Assembly (NCBI GenBank): GCA_051294905.1
Contig: CM119372.1
Span: forward strand, 17,796,001 to 17,860,000
Direction of reading: 5' to 3'
Origin: Botryllus schlosseri
Taxonomy: Eukaryota
Length of the DNA: 64,000 nt
Both the position numbers and the translations under genes were made by a program. Under the pieces are notes generated by a model, which did no database searches, had not been told where the DNA came from, and was given only the letters and a program-made list of their open reading frames with translations. Shown here piece after piece: positions 39,976 through 50,773 of this stretch (position 1 is its first letter; each line of letters begins with the position of its first letter).

Positions 39976-40110
39976 CTAGTATTGATTTAGAATAAATTGC
40001 TTGTATTTCGACTTGAATGCGGACATGCTCGACGACTGTCGGATAGCCGGCGAGATGCTGTTCCATAATTGGGGTCCGGCATACTTGATAGAGCAATGCG
40101 TTTTCTTGTT
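39976..40110 (-). mobile_element. LINE (CR1/L2-group) ORF2 extreme C-terminus
   Basis: SIKYAGPQLWNSISPAIRQSSSMSAFKSKYKQFILNQY* is the typical terminal WNSL motif. Confidence 0.7.
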
Positions 40111-40273
40111 TTCACTTTTCAGTCCTGACCACTCGCCCTTTACCGATCGAGTGTTCCGTATTTTTGTCATAAGACCGACATTAATTAAAATCCCTAATCT
40201 CGGCGACTGCTCGGCAAAAACTAAAAGGGACGGGTTTACCCCTGACTCCAATGTACAAATACTTAGTGCTAGA

Positions 40274-41206
40274 CAGTGTTGGGATCAAGTCACTACCTTC
40301 GAGTCATTTCGAGTCATTGTACATTTTGACTCGAGTTAAGTCAAGTCAATCGATTTTAGAAGGTGACTCGAGTCAAGTCAAGTCACTCGATTGTTGGAGG
40401 TGACTCGAGTCAAGTCAAGTCAAGTCACGAGTCAAGTCAAAATTCAAGTCAAGTTGCCTTTTCGAGGTATGAGGCGTGATTACGTCATTGTATTTTGCTA
40501 GCTGTCTGAAATACAGATTGAGTGGTCATTGATTTTGAACAGATGAAGGAATATATAGAGAGCTGTATCGCTCACATATAAGTAGAACTAATAAACTACG
40601 TAAGTATACTTGCACAGTCTCAGTTTATAGCCTAGTGACCAGCCAAAATAGAGAATAGAGTAACGAATTGATAAGAATCAATACATTTACCCTTTTGCAA
40701 ATTGATATGATACAATTCGAGCCTGCGCCAATGGTTGAGGACTATATAAATTATTTTCGAATTCAATTTCAATAAAACAAGAGGTTTGGTTAAGTTAAGA
40801 ACACAGAACAGAAATAGACATTTGCTATTAAATTACTTTTACTATAGTTTACGACAACATAGGCTGTAATCTTCGATCACTTCGTTTGCGATCAATATAT
40901 TTATGAGAGAGCAATGGAGGCTCAGTAAAACGCACGATCATTGAATGATTGCATGATCGCTCTCTGCACGCGTTACACCAGCGTTGTGCGAACAATCCGA
41001 ACCTATGTAAGATACAGTGATTGTTATCTACGCCGATTACTTGATGACTTGAAATTGACTCGTGAATTTTGCTCTTAGTCACGAGTCAATCCACATTTCT
41101 GATACGCCGAGTCAAGTCAAGTCAAGTCATTTTCGCAAACTGACTCGAGTCAAGTCAACGAAAAAGTGACTCGAGTCAAGTCATGACTTGAATCATCCCA
41201 ACACTG
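40274..41206. mobile_element. hAT-type MITE family C (GAGTCAAGTC repeats)
   Basis: TIR CAGTGTTGGGAT / ATCCCAACACTG; perfect TSD gtgctaga. Confidence 0.92.
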
Positions 41207-42071
41207 GTGCTAGAAAGTCTGAAGTCTAAACCTTCTTTGAATTTCAGTTTTCAGCTTTCTTTTTTGGCATGTCCGTTAATCCTTTATGGTTGATAGATGT
41301 GATGACTTGATGAGTCATATAGTAATCTCGAGCACTGATTGACTTGTTTTACGAATTAGGGAAGACGAAGAAGAAGGTTTGAACTAAACTATATGGAAAG
41401 AGTGATTTCTTGTTATTTTAATTCCTACTCATACTTTGCCACATTGCCTATATTTTGAATCTGGATTACGCATGCGAGGTACGTAGGCAGCGCAATCGTG
41501 GCATATTAATGAACATGAACATGAACACTGAACAGGCTTCAAAGTAAACTAATATTCCCGTTAAGTTGATACGTAACCTATATGGTTTTAGTCATTCAAC
41601 AAGCAAGTTTTATGTTTTGAATTCCAAGCAACCTTTCGCGGGCCGCACTTTGCCCAGGCCTGCTCTAGGCCAACGTTTACCGTCGCCGATCCATTTGGCA
41701 GCGAACTTCGCATGCCGGTCGGAGCTTATATCTTGATGTGTACCCCTAGATTAGAGCATCACAACGGTCTCAAGCGATATTAGGAATATCATGGAAAACT
41801 GAATTCAGTTTTCCATGGGAATTGTTGTCGTGAGATTTTGAGATGAAAAGAATGAATCACAACGGCATTGCTAATCAAACAAATATGTATTCAGCAGTGT
41901 TGGGATCAAGTCACTACCTTCGAGTCACGAGTCATGTCGAGTCATTTCACATTTTGACTCGAGTCAAGTCAAGTCATTCAATTTTCAAAGGTGACTCGAG
42001 TCAAGTCAAGTCACTCGTTTTTTAGAGGTGACTCGAGTCAAGTCAAGTCACGAGTCAAGTCACGATTCAAG

Positions 42072-42588
42072 TAGGGCTGGGCACAATGATTCGAGTACTC
42101 GAATCTGATTCGAGTATTAATTTTAATGATTCGAGTCGAGTAGTAAATTACGATTTTTTCGAGTAATGAAATTATACGCTTCTCGCCACTGAAAGTTAAT
42201 TTATCAACGAGAATTCTCAGTTTCGATATTAATTTTCACTGTTGAAGCCTCGAAACCTTGATAGGCGGTATTGTAGCTTACGGAATATGGAACAAAACCT
42301 ACGAAGGTTACTGGACGTAGCGCATTTACGAAGTCATGATAATCCCACAACATTTTCACCAAGTGAAATGAAATCGGTATGGTCGATAAAATACCAAAGT
42401 ATCTTTTACGAGATGGATAACCGGCATTATATTCTTTGTGGTAGCAAGAACGGTGCAAATTTGAACTTTGACGTAATACATTCTGTTATGACGTCATAAT
42501 GAGTGATACTCGATTACTCGACTCGACTCGAAGCATATTACCTGATTCAGAATCGAATCACTCAGGTACTCGATTTTGCCCAGCCCTA
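42072..42588. mobile_element. hAT-type MITE (TAGGGCTGGGCA TIR), nested
   Basis: TAGGGCTGGGCA / TGCCCAGCCCTA; perfect TSD gattcaag. Confidence 0.92.
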
Positions 42589-42873
42589 GATTCAAGTCAA
42601 ATTGAATTTTCGAAGTATGAGTGATGATGAAAAATCATTACATTTTGCTGACCGGATTAAGGACAGATGAATTGCCAATTTATCTTGAATCAAATAACGA
42701 ATATAAATTTTAATATACATGCAAATCGATGTTGCAGCACTCACGCAAACGTAGAACTGGTAATAAAATACGCGAGCAATTGTATAGTTACATGCTACAG
42801 TCTGATTTGATCGGCCAATATAGAGGATCAAATACGAATCCTCGAGAAGTTGAAGAAATTGATGTGGTACAAT

Positions 42874-44237
42874 CAGGGCCGTAACAGCACTTCGTCAGGC
42901 CCCCCCAAAACGTTGGTCCTGGACCCCCCATAGGGTGATAAACCTAACTTCTGGGGGGCTTCGCCCCCCAGACCCCCCTTAGGCTGGACGTTGTTTACCG
43001 CTGCTTATCATCTATATTGGGTGTCCGTTTAGTTACTCAGTTTTTATCGCCTAAACGCGCGAAGCGCGAAAAATTTCTATAATTCATGACTGATTCGAGC
43101 AATATGATCAGGAATTGCATATATATTGCTATCAATTTTTATCCTTTCTCTGCTCACGTAATCAGATTTACCGGTAGAGCAGAGTGAGGTGTGTTTGAAA
43201 GGGTAGGACCACTCAATAATAAATAAACATCTCCGGGTGTATTGTATACCCGTTGGAAGGAACGAAACAGCACTTCGTCATAGGCCCCAAAAAAACTGGA
43301 GTCTTGAGCTCCCATAGGGTGACAAACCGACCCGCCAGGCCGCCACTACGTTGTTCACTTCGCCACGAAATTATAGATGTATTGCGTAGTAAGCCAGCGC
43401 GAAGCGCGAAAATTTTCGATATTTTAAGATAAAATCGGCCAATAAGATCGGGAATTGCATATATATTGCTATCAATTTCTTGACCTCTATACTCAGTTGC
43501 TCACGTAATGAGATTTACCGGTAGAGGTGAGTCAGGTGTTGTCTTGGAAAATGTAGAGCCCGTAAATAATAATTAAACATCTTCGGGCAGGTGGACCCGT
43601 TGCTATAACTTTGTTACATGATGTTATTTCGTGACCTCCTGTCTGCTATATCAAAAATATACAATCGCCCAAACGTACTAAACTAAAAGATCTCACGATT
43701 TCAAATTGGTATTTCTTCACTGGCATATAAGTTTTCCCTGCGGGGTGGTATTTGTCTTGTGAGGTTCAGATTGCCAAGACAGGAACATTTAGGTGCCAGT
43801 CATTTAGGCGCCTATGGACTATTAAACCCACATGTATTTTGTATAAATAACGAAGTTTTCGGTCAGCATAAGGGCAGTCCCTTTCGGCCAAGGTTTTCTC
43901 GCTGCCGATCGTTCTGGCACACTTCTTGCAGTCGCGTGTTACATGGCCTAAAACTTTATGCGTCTTGGTGCGTCGTGGCGAGGTAATGGCCGACGCTGAT
44001 ATGCCCATTTCTATAAGTCATGCGTATTTTTTCTTGTGGGAAGAGTATAGGCCTACCCAATATTCAAGATGCTTGGCAGCTCGAAATCGCTCGCGGCGCG
44101 AAAAATTTTAAAAAAGTTGCTTAAATTTTCAAAAAATGCTCAATATTTTATGCTAATTCACGAAATAATTTTGGGCCCCCTTCGAGCTCGGCCCCCCCCC
44201 CAATTGGGGGGTTTGGGGTGCGGCAGTTACGGCCCTG
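42874..44237. mobile_element. hAT (Tip100-like) non-autonomous element, nested, with internal tandem duplication
   Basis: CAGGGCCGTAAC / GTTACGGCCCTG; perfect TSD ggtacaat. Related ends occur at about 51354 and about 57150. Confidence 0.9.
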
Positions 44238-45375
44238 GGTACAATACACTGCCCAACTGCACATCCGTGAGAATATAAACGCGTAAACTACATTCGTTCG
44301 ATTTATATCAAACAACATGGTTGGTAAAGGTGAGCGGATCCGCAATGTAAGCACTGAGCTGTCTAAGAAGCAAAGATACACGTTAGCGGTCAAATTATTT
44401 GTGGTGTGAAAATGGAGAATGAGTGAAATGTACAATCAGCGAATGACTGGTTGCTTTCACTAATGACACCGGCGTATCGAGAACAACCCGAACATACATA
44501 AGATATGGTTATTTAATCGACACAGTTTACTTAATGACTTGAAATTGACTCGTGAATTTTGCTCCGAGTCACGAGTCAATCCACATTTTCGAAGCGCCGG
44601 GTCAAGTCAAGTCAAGTCATTTTTGCAAAGTGACTCGAGTCAAGTCACACGAAAAAGGTGACTCGAGTCATCCTAACACTGGTATTCAGTGCCTATATGT
44701 AGCTTAGGCTACCACCTCTGTGAGAGCCTTTCGTCGAAGCGAATCACATTGAAATCGCAGTAATTGGCATTCACCTCGACCTCGTGCCCGATGACACAGT
44801 TTTTGTTCGATGTTGATCTCTATTCCTCGGCTTTTTCCATTCCTAGTGAGTGCGTTCTTTCGTCGGGTCTATTTCTGGGCTTTTTTGTCGCCGTAGGAAC
44901 AGCGACGCGGGGGAAGAGGAGCCCAGATAAATCTTCGACGCAGAATAGACTCCGGGCCACCCGGGTAGCAGGCGTTTATCGTCACCACTAGGCTACCCCA
45001 TGTCTCTAAAGTGTCCCTACTAGCTGCTACCAACCCTATTTCAGCAATACACATTGAATTACAAAAGGATGTCTTCTCAATTGTCAGCGTGCGTAAACGT
45101 TTTCATTTATTGTGTCACTGTAATGAAAACGTACGATACCGGATAGGATCATGCGACCTCCGCGGAGCGGTGTTTATGTTCAGCTTACTGTCATGTGGGA
45201 GTCATATCAAAATCATACTCGCTGATGATAATCCTGTTGAATGAGTTAAGGAAATCTGAAAAATACGCATTGAAGAATTCCAAAACAACTTCACACGATT
45301 CTGAACAAAGGCAGAAAAATGCCTGCCAATCTACTCGAGAATTTAAATTCAACATCATCCGGCTTCTGAACTTAA

Positions 45376-45857
45376 AGGGGCACTGCGCTCTAAAAATGAT
45401 GTGGTCTCAAATTGAAGGTAAAAACGAACAAAAATTTTTGGCCGCAGCCATTTCCTTCAGAACGCTATCGTAATGGAGCTGCAATTTATTGAAATTTCTA
45501 CAAGACCAGCTGCTTAACCCGTTACATGGCACGATATCTTCACCGTCGCACTTGCTCGACGCGATTAGGCAGTCACGCAGAGAACGAACTTTAGATAGTT
45601 GTCAGCCGAAGTTATGAAGGAAATGTGTCTAAGTTTCGTTCTCTGTGTGACCGCCTTATCGCGTCGAGCAAGTGCGACGATGAAGACATCGTGCCATGTA
45701 ACGGGTTAAGCAGCCGCGGCAGCTGGTCTTGTAGAAATTTAAATAAATTGCAGCTCCATTACGATAGCGTTCTGAAGGAAATGGCTGCGGCCAAAAATTT
45801 TTGGTCGTTTTTTAATTTCAATTTGAGACCACATCATTTTTAGAGCGCAGTGCCCCT
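45376..45857. mobile_element. Palindromic MITE with TTAA TSD (Kolobok-like)
   Basis: TTAA|AGGGGCACTGCGCTCTAAAAATG...CATTTTTAGAGCGCAGTGCCCCT|TTAA; arms about 215 bp. Confidence 0.9.
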
Positions 45858-46188
45858 TTAAGTTTTGATAGATATCAATATTTACCAAATTATTAAATAT
45901 GAACATTCACGATCTCCAATCTCATCCGTCTTGTGAGAACAATAATTGATCCGAACACATTCTGAAAACCCCAAATACACAGATCTCAGTTCACGATGAG
46001 AAAATTCACAAGCATTCAAGGGCGTTATATCATTGAAATTGCACAATACACATACTAAGCAAAAAAACAATGCTACAGATTTTACAAATAGTATAAGAAA
46101 AGAATGAAAGCAGCTCGAGAGGTAATTTCCGATACCCGGAAAACAGGCGTATAGCAGACAGATGCTAGAGCTGGACAGAGTAGGCTTA

Positions 46189-49100
46189 TCAGGACACAGC
46201 GGGAACTTCCAGGCGCGGTAATATCGGGGCGATCTGATTCAACCACAAATTAGCACAGGGAGAATGGTAAAACCGCCCGCAGTATTCCAATCCCGTTACG
46301 TCGGTAGACTCAGTGTCAAGCAAACACAGACTGCACGTAGAACACACCGGCCCCTCCGAATTCGAACGACCTCGGTGTTCCGGAGTTTTATGCACCGAAG
46401 GCGTGTACGGACAGAATCCCAACAAATTGTTCCATGCTATCTCGATCTCTTTGAGCAACAGCACCAAGTCGTCGTCCGTCAGTCTGATAATCTCCATACC
46501 TTTTCGAATACGTCTGGCCACCCCGTACACTTCGCTAGTGCACGCGATGAATTCCTTTCCGCGACTTGAATTCACAACCTCGTGGCAAACCGCCGGACTA
46601 TTCAAAGCCGCAAATATATCTCCGGTCGATACGATTATATCCTTGCACGTCGTGAGACATCGACTCCAATGATCTACAAATACTTCTGTCGGATTCGAGG
46701 AACCTTCCATTCTCGCTTTTATCTGATTGCCTTCTTCTTCCCATTCGGCAGGCTCTGGCTTGAAAGAGTAAGCTGGCTCTGCTTCAAAGACAGTGGGCTC
46801 TAAACTCCAAGCAGCTGGCTTCGTGTCGTTTTTACGTTCTGTATCGGTACTGCCGGTTTCAAATGATGAAGTGTCGTCATTGATTTTGTGTTCAGTGATA
46901 CTTGAGTCCTCTTCGCCGCAGGATTGATCAGCTTGATTTGACGTTGAAGTAGTGCTTTCGTTCGAATGTGCCGGTTTCAAATCGACGACACTCGATTTCA
47001 CAAATTCGCTGAACGCCGTCGCGTCTTCGCTCGTTCTTTTGAACATGGCTTCCTTCTTTTTATGCGCCTCTACTTTAGCTTCCTCGAAATGACCGAACGC
47101 GTCAAAGTCGACAAGCGACGAGTCCCCTTCTTCAGGTTCTAAATCAAGGTCGTGCCGATCAATATTATCGTCGATTGGAGGCGGGGCTGTGGAAAAATCA
47201 CCGAAATCATCATCGGATTCTGAGATTCTCGCACGTATTTTTGCAAGCTTCACTTTAAAAGGCGGTGGCTCTTTCGGACTGGCGGTAACAACAGGCTTTT
47301 TCTGGAACACCGGCGATATCGGGTCGTCCAAATCATACAGACCGTCGTCAGCACTTGATTTCGGTGGATTCGAACTGAATAGGATGGGATCTGAAGCTTT
47401 TTCTGCAAAAATGTTTGGAGTGGGAAGAGATGTCGTGCTGGCGCTAAAAAATAGATCCTCGGACGACTTGCCATTTCCAATAGAATTACTCAGAATTGTC
47501 TTCGATAAACTCGGTAATTCCAGGGATGTGACCGATTGTATGTCATCTGTTTTAGACATATTATTTGAAATAAACGATTTTTGAAAAGGTTCTGGCGCAA
47601 AGACAGGTACGGGAGGCACAGACTGAAAATTAGAAAAATCGTCTTCCACCGCAGGCTCATTGGTGCTACCGATTTCCACACCTCGCAAAACTGAATATTT
47701 ATCAGCGCCGTCGGACTCTCCGTTCGAGCTGGCATCAGTCTTTTGCGAAGATACCGGATTGAGTTCTCGAAAAACAGAATACTTGTCCTTTTTTTCAGCC
47801 ATTATAGTTGGTTGAACGGATATGGATGTGTTGCTCGTAGTGTTGTCAAGCCCCGGAAAAGCTGCAAACAAATTTGCGTCCTGCTTTGGTAATGGTGCTT
47901 GCTCGGCACTTTTAAAGTCGTCAAAATCGTCGTTATTAGTTTTCATTTCCGTAGTGTTCACTCTCTTTGGCTGCTGAGAACCAATGTTTAGCCTCCTAGC
48001 AGCAGAATGGAGCACTTTTGAGGAGGTGTCATCAAATTTTTTGAAGTCAATGCCTCCAAGTAATTGTTTCGGAGGTCTTTGGGGCGATAAATCTGTAGTG
48101 GAAATAGATTTTGGGCTATTCATAATGTCACGGTCAGGATAAGACGTGGTTTGCACTTTTTCGGCACCAGAAAATGTGGAGAAAGATTGGAAATCGTCAA
48201 AATCATCTGAAGCGGCCGCATTTTCAACTTTGACAGATTCAAATGCAGAAAACGACTGAAAGTCTGTAAATGCATCAGCACTGTTGGAGCTGACAGGTTT
48301 AGGTTGTGCTGAAACCAGCGGTTGGATTACGAACCCAGCAGTTTGATTTGTCGGATTTACAACAGGTGCCTGCAAGTTGACAAGTTCACTCAAGGCCGAG
48401 TTAGTCTTCTGAGGTAGCTTTATATCCGGCATCGGCGCTGCTGGTAATCTCATGACGTATCTCACAGTCAGATCCATTTCACCTTTTTGCGCCAATGCGA
48501 TCAAGGCCAGTGCAGTGTAGACTTCTGTGAAAGTTAGCTGCCCAGGGCTAGATTGGTTTACAGCGGTCCATATATGTCCCAAAACATCCTTTGGTAGGCC
48601 AGAGCTCAAGAATATCGGATATAATAAACTTGTGTCTGCGAAACTATTGGAGGTGGCACAATGTTTCAGAACTTCTTTGTACAACTGCGGAATAAGATTG
48701 GGATTAGTCATCCACGCAGGCAAAGTATTTATACGTGGAATAGATGCAGGTGCAGGAGGATGGAAAACAGCATCGGCAATATAAGGTCGAGTTTGTCGGG
48801 CCTCTTGGAAATTCAAGTGAGACTGATGTCCGGGCATCAAGTGAGGATTTGAATTCTGATGTGAAGGATATTTAAGTGCAGTATCCGGGAACACATTGGG
48901 CTGAATAATGGATTGATAACTAGGCGGCATAACAGCACCAGGAGGAATGGCGTTAACGGATGGGCCGGTAGCAGTCACACCCTGCCAGCTTCCTGGAACA
49001 TTTTGTTTGACGTTGGTCTGATTAAATGTTCCTGCCAAAGGAGGTTGAACAAACTGCTGATTATGACTGACACCAGAGCGATCTATTGGATGTAGGTTCA

Positions 49101-49440
49101 AGTTTTGATTACCTTGCGGTAAAACAGTTAGATTTTGCTGCCGCGCGTAAACATTAGGCGCTGTTACAGGCGCAATAAATTCGTTAGACTCCAGACTAAG
49201 ATTCTTCCAATCGGCAGAGCTGGAACTTTGCTTCACTGCGGCGCCTTGTGGCCGTTTTCCGGCATGTCTGGCAGGTTGCTGGAACTTGAAGTTGGCTCTT
49301 TGGTTGGAGCCGGAAAGGTCAAAAGAGGATAATATCTTGGCATTCAAGTCGATAGGTTGCTTCACTCCACCTTGTGGTGCTGGCTTCACCGGAAGACTCT
49401 GCTTCACAGGAGCTTGCAGAAAATCTCCGAAATCGTCCAT
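46189..49440 (-). CDS. SYNRG: Gamma-synergin (AP-1 gamma-adaptin-binding EH-domain protein); single-exon ORF
   Basis: EH domain (DTSLLYPIFLSSGLPKDVLGHIW...PGQLT..EVYTALALIALAQ), repeated DDFxDF gamma-ear motifs, DKYSVFREL, and a C-terminal CSLC...YHSPCANLW. An in-frame TAA 12 nt upstream supports ATG 49440 as the start. Confidence 0.9.
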   Translation of the reverse strand: MDDFGDFLQAPVKQSLPVKPAPQGGVKQPIDLNAKILSSFDLSGSNQRANFKFQQPARHAGKRPQGAAVKQSSSSADWKNLSLESNEFIAPVTAPNVYARQQNLTVLPQGNQNLNLHPIDRSGVSHNQQFVQPPLAGTFNQTNVKQNVPGSWQGVTATGPSVNAIPPGAVMPPSYQSIIQPNVFPDTALKYPSHQNSNPHLMPGHQSHLNFQEARQTRPYIADAVFHPPAPASIPRINTLPAWMTNPNLIPQLYKEVLKHCATSNSFADTSLLYPIFLSSGLPKDVLGHIWTAVNQSSPGQLTFTEVYTALALIALAQKGEMDLTVRYVMRLPAAPMPDIKLPQKTNSALSELVNLQAPVVNPTNQTAGFVIQPLVSAQPKPVSSNSADAFTDFQSFSAFESVKVENAAASDDFDDFQSFSTFSGAEKVQTTSYPDRDIMNSPKSISTTDLSPQRPPKQLLGGIDFKKFDDTSSKVLHSAARRLNIGSQQPKRVNTTEMKTNNDDFDDFKSAEQAPLPKQDANLFAAFPGLDNTTSNTSISVQPTIMAEKKDKYSVFRELNPVSSQKTDASSNGESDGADKYSVLRGVEIGSTNEPAVEDDFSNFQSVPPVPVFAPEPFQKSFISNNMSKTDDIQSVTSLELPSLSKTILSNSIGNGKSSEDLFFSASTTSLPTPNIFAEKASDPILFSSNPPKSSADDGLYDLDDPISPVFQKKPVVTASPKEPPPFKVKLAKIRARISESDDDFGDFSTAPPPIDDNIDRHDLDLEPEEGDSSLVDFDAFGHFEEAKVEAHKKKEAMFKRTSEDATAFSEFVKSSVVDLKPAHSNESTTSTSNQADQSCGEEDSSITEHKINDDTSSFETGSTDTERKNDTKPAAWSLEPTVFEAEPAYSFKPEPAEWEEEGNQIKARMEGSSNPTEVFVDHWSRCLTTCKDIIVSTGDIFAALNSPAVCHEVVNSSRGKEFIACTSEVYGVARRIRKGMEIIRLTDDDLVLLLKEIEIAWNNLLGFCPYTPSVHKTPEHRGRSNSEGPVCSTCSLCLLDTESTDVTGLEYCGRFYHSPCANLWLNQIAPILPRLEVPAVS

Positions 49441-49508
49441 TGGCACAATTTAACACATCACAATCACTTGTAATTAAAATGTAAAAATTAGACTTGACAC
49501 ACAGCTAG

Positions 49509-49522
49509 CTGAAAATAAAATC
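49509..49522 (-). promoter_or_regulatory. Splice acceptor upstream of SYNRG (candidate trans-splice site)
   Basis: attttattttcag| on the minus strand, about 70 nt before the ATG and about 615 nt after the SEC22 stop. Confidence 0.55.
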
Positions 49523-50125
49523 ACCGTACATTGAACTCAATGTTGATAATATTCCGTTCTTTCACTAACACGTCCTTCATGTCTAAGTGTTTACATAAAT
49601 ATCAAAACAACACATCAGTTAGAATATTTTATATAGAGAAATATCACCACTAGAAGAGCGATGGAGCAGATCGGAAATACAGTGATGGTCATACGGTAGG
49701 GAGTGCCACTGTAGTCTATATAGTGAATGCATGCATCATCACAAATTGAGAATCAGGGAGACATGAATATTTTCCACTCATGATAATTTACAAACAAAAC
49801 ACATCTTAGTTACCTTTCTATCATATATAGCCTATGTAATATGCATGCACTGCCATAACAATTGAAAACAACATACATTGTAATAATAATTGAAGCCGCA
49901 TTCATAGTCATGTATGTTCTATCGATTCACCAGATCCAAAGAAGAGCTTGCATTTGCAATCTGGCAGTGATGGCAAGAAAGATATCGCACTGGTGGTATA
50001 TATTCTCATAAAATTCGTATGACCAAAGAGAAAAGATTGCAGATCTATATCATTTTACAAAGTTTTCATAGCAAGCATTCAACATTGCATTGCCTATTTG
50101 TAGAAGATGTTCAGTAAATTCTCAA

Positions 50126-50773
50126 TTAAAGCCACCAATACCTTATCCATATGAAAAAGATAATCAACAGCACCACAACCGCTGCTATTTTGGCATAGGC
50201 TGATCTCAGATTCAACGAATATGCATCTTGCTTATACTTCTGTGACAAAGTGGCAAGGTTACTAGCTTTGTTTCCAAGTTCATCGAGAGCTACTCCACGC
50301 TGCAGGACGTCATCAATGTTGGATACCATGATTCTTTGGACATCTTGTAGTTCGTTGGCGACATGTGATAAGTTATGCTTCGTCCTGGAATCTGCATAGC
50401 TCTTTTTTGTCTTTTGGATATATGTGTCAAACTCTATGAATGCATAGGGCCTTGCTACTGAAGTTACTCTGTTGCCATATTGCACAAAGAATTCTGATTG
50501 CAGTTCCTCTAAGAATGAAAACGCCAATTTTTTGCTGAATGCTCTCTCACATAGGACCAGGTAACATATTCCTTTTCCTATCATGTAGTGAAATACCAGA
50601 GGACCAGTTTCGATCGTGCATCGGTCTGGACTTTGCTGATTCAATTTTCGGAACAACATCTTGGCTTGATTTTGATAGTCTGTCAGACTACGTCCACCTT
50701 GTTCATCTTCTTGCATCGACGCAGCAAGGGGCAAGCCATCTGCCACACGGGCAATCATTGTCAGTAGAACCAT
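50126..50773 (-). CDS. SEC22B: Vesicle-trafficking longin R-SNARE SEC22b; single-exon ORF
   Basis: [54 protein letters not shown] and a C-terminal TM ending RYWWL. Confidence 0.97.
   Translation of the reverse strand: MVLLTMIARVADGLPLAASMQEDEQGGRSLTDYQNQAKMLFRKLNQQSPDRCTIETGPLVFHYMIGKGICYLVLCERAFSKKLAFSFLEELQSEFFVQYGNRVTSVARPYAFIEFDTYIQKTKKSYADSRTKHNLSHVANELQDVQRIMVSNIDDVLQRGVALDELGNKASNLATLSQKYKQDAYSLNLRSAYAKIAAVVVLLIIFFIWIRYWWL

Larger units (their letters stand above)
41895..44681. mobile_element. hAT-type MITE family C with two nested elements
   Basis: CAGTGTTGGGAT / ATCCTAACACTG; perfect TSD gtattcag. Confidence 0.92.

Noticed and set aside
39560..40110. Single LINE insertion with twin-priming inversion
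   Set aside because: The two fragments are convergent, with the plus fragment beyond the 3' end of the minus fragment, which does not fit twin-priming geometry; no TSD was found.
40274..44681. Recurring GACTCGAGTCAAGTCAAG units resembling a CRISPR array
   Set aside because: Spacing is irregular, there are no constant-length unique spacers or cas genes, and the units lie inside TIR/TSD-bounded MITEs in eukaryotic DNA.
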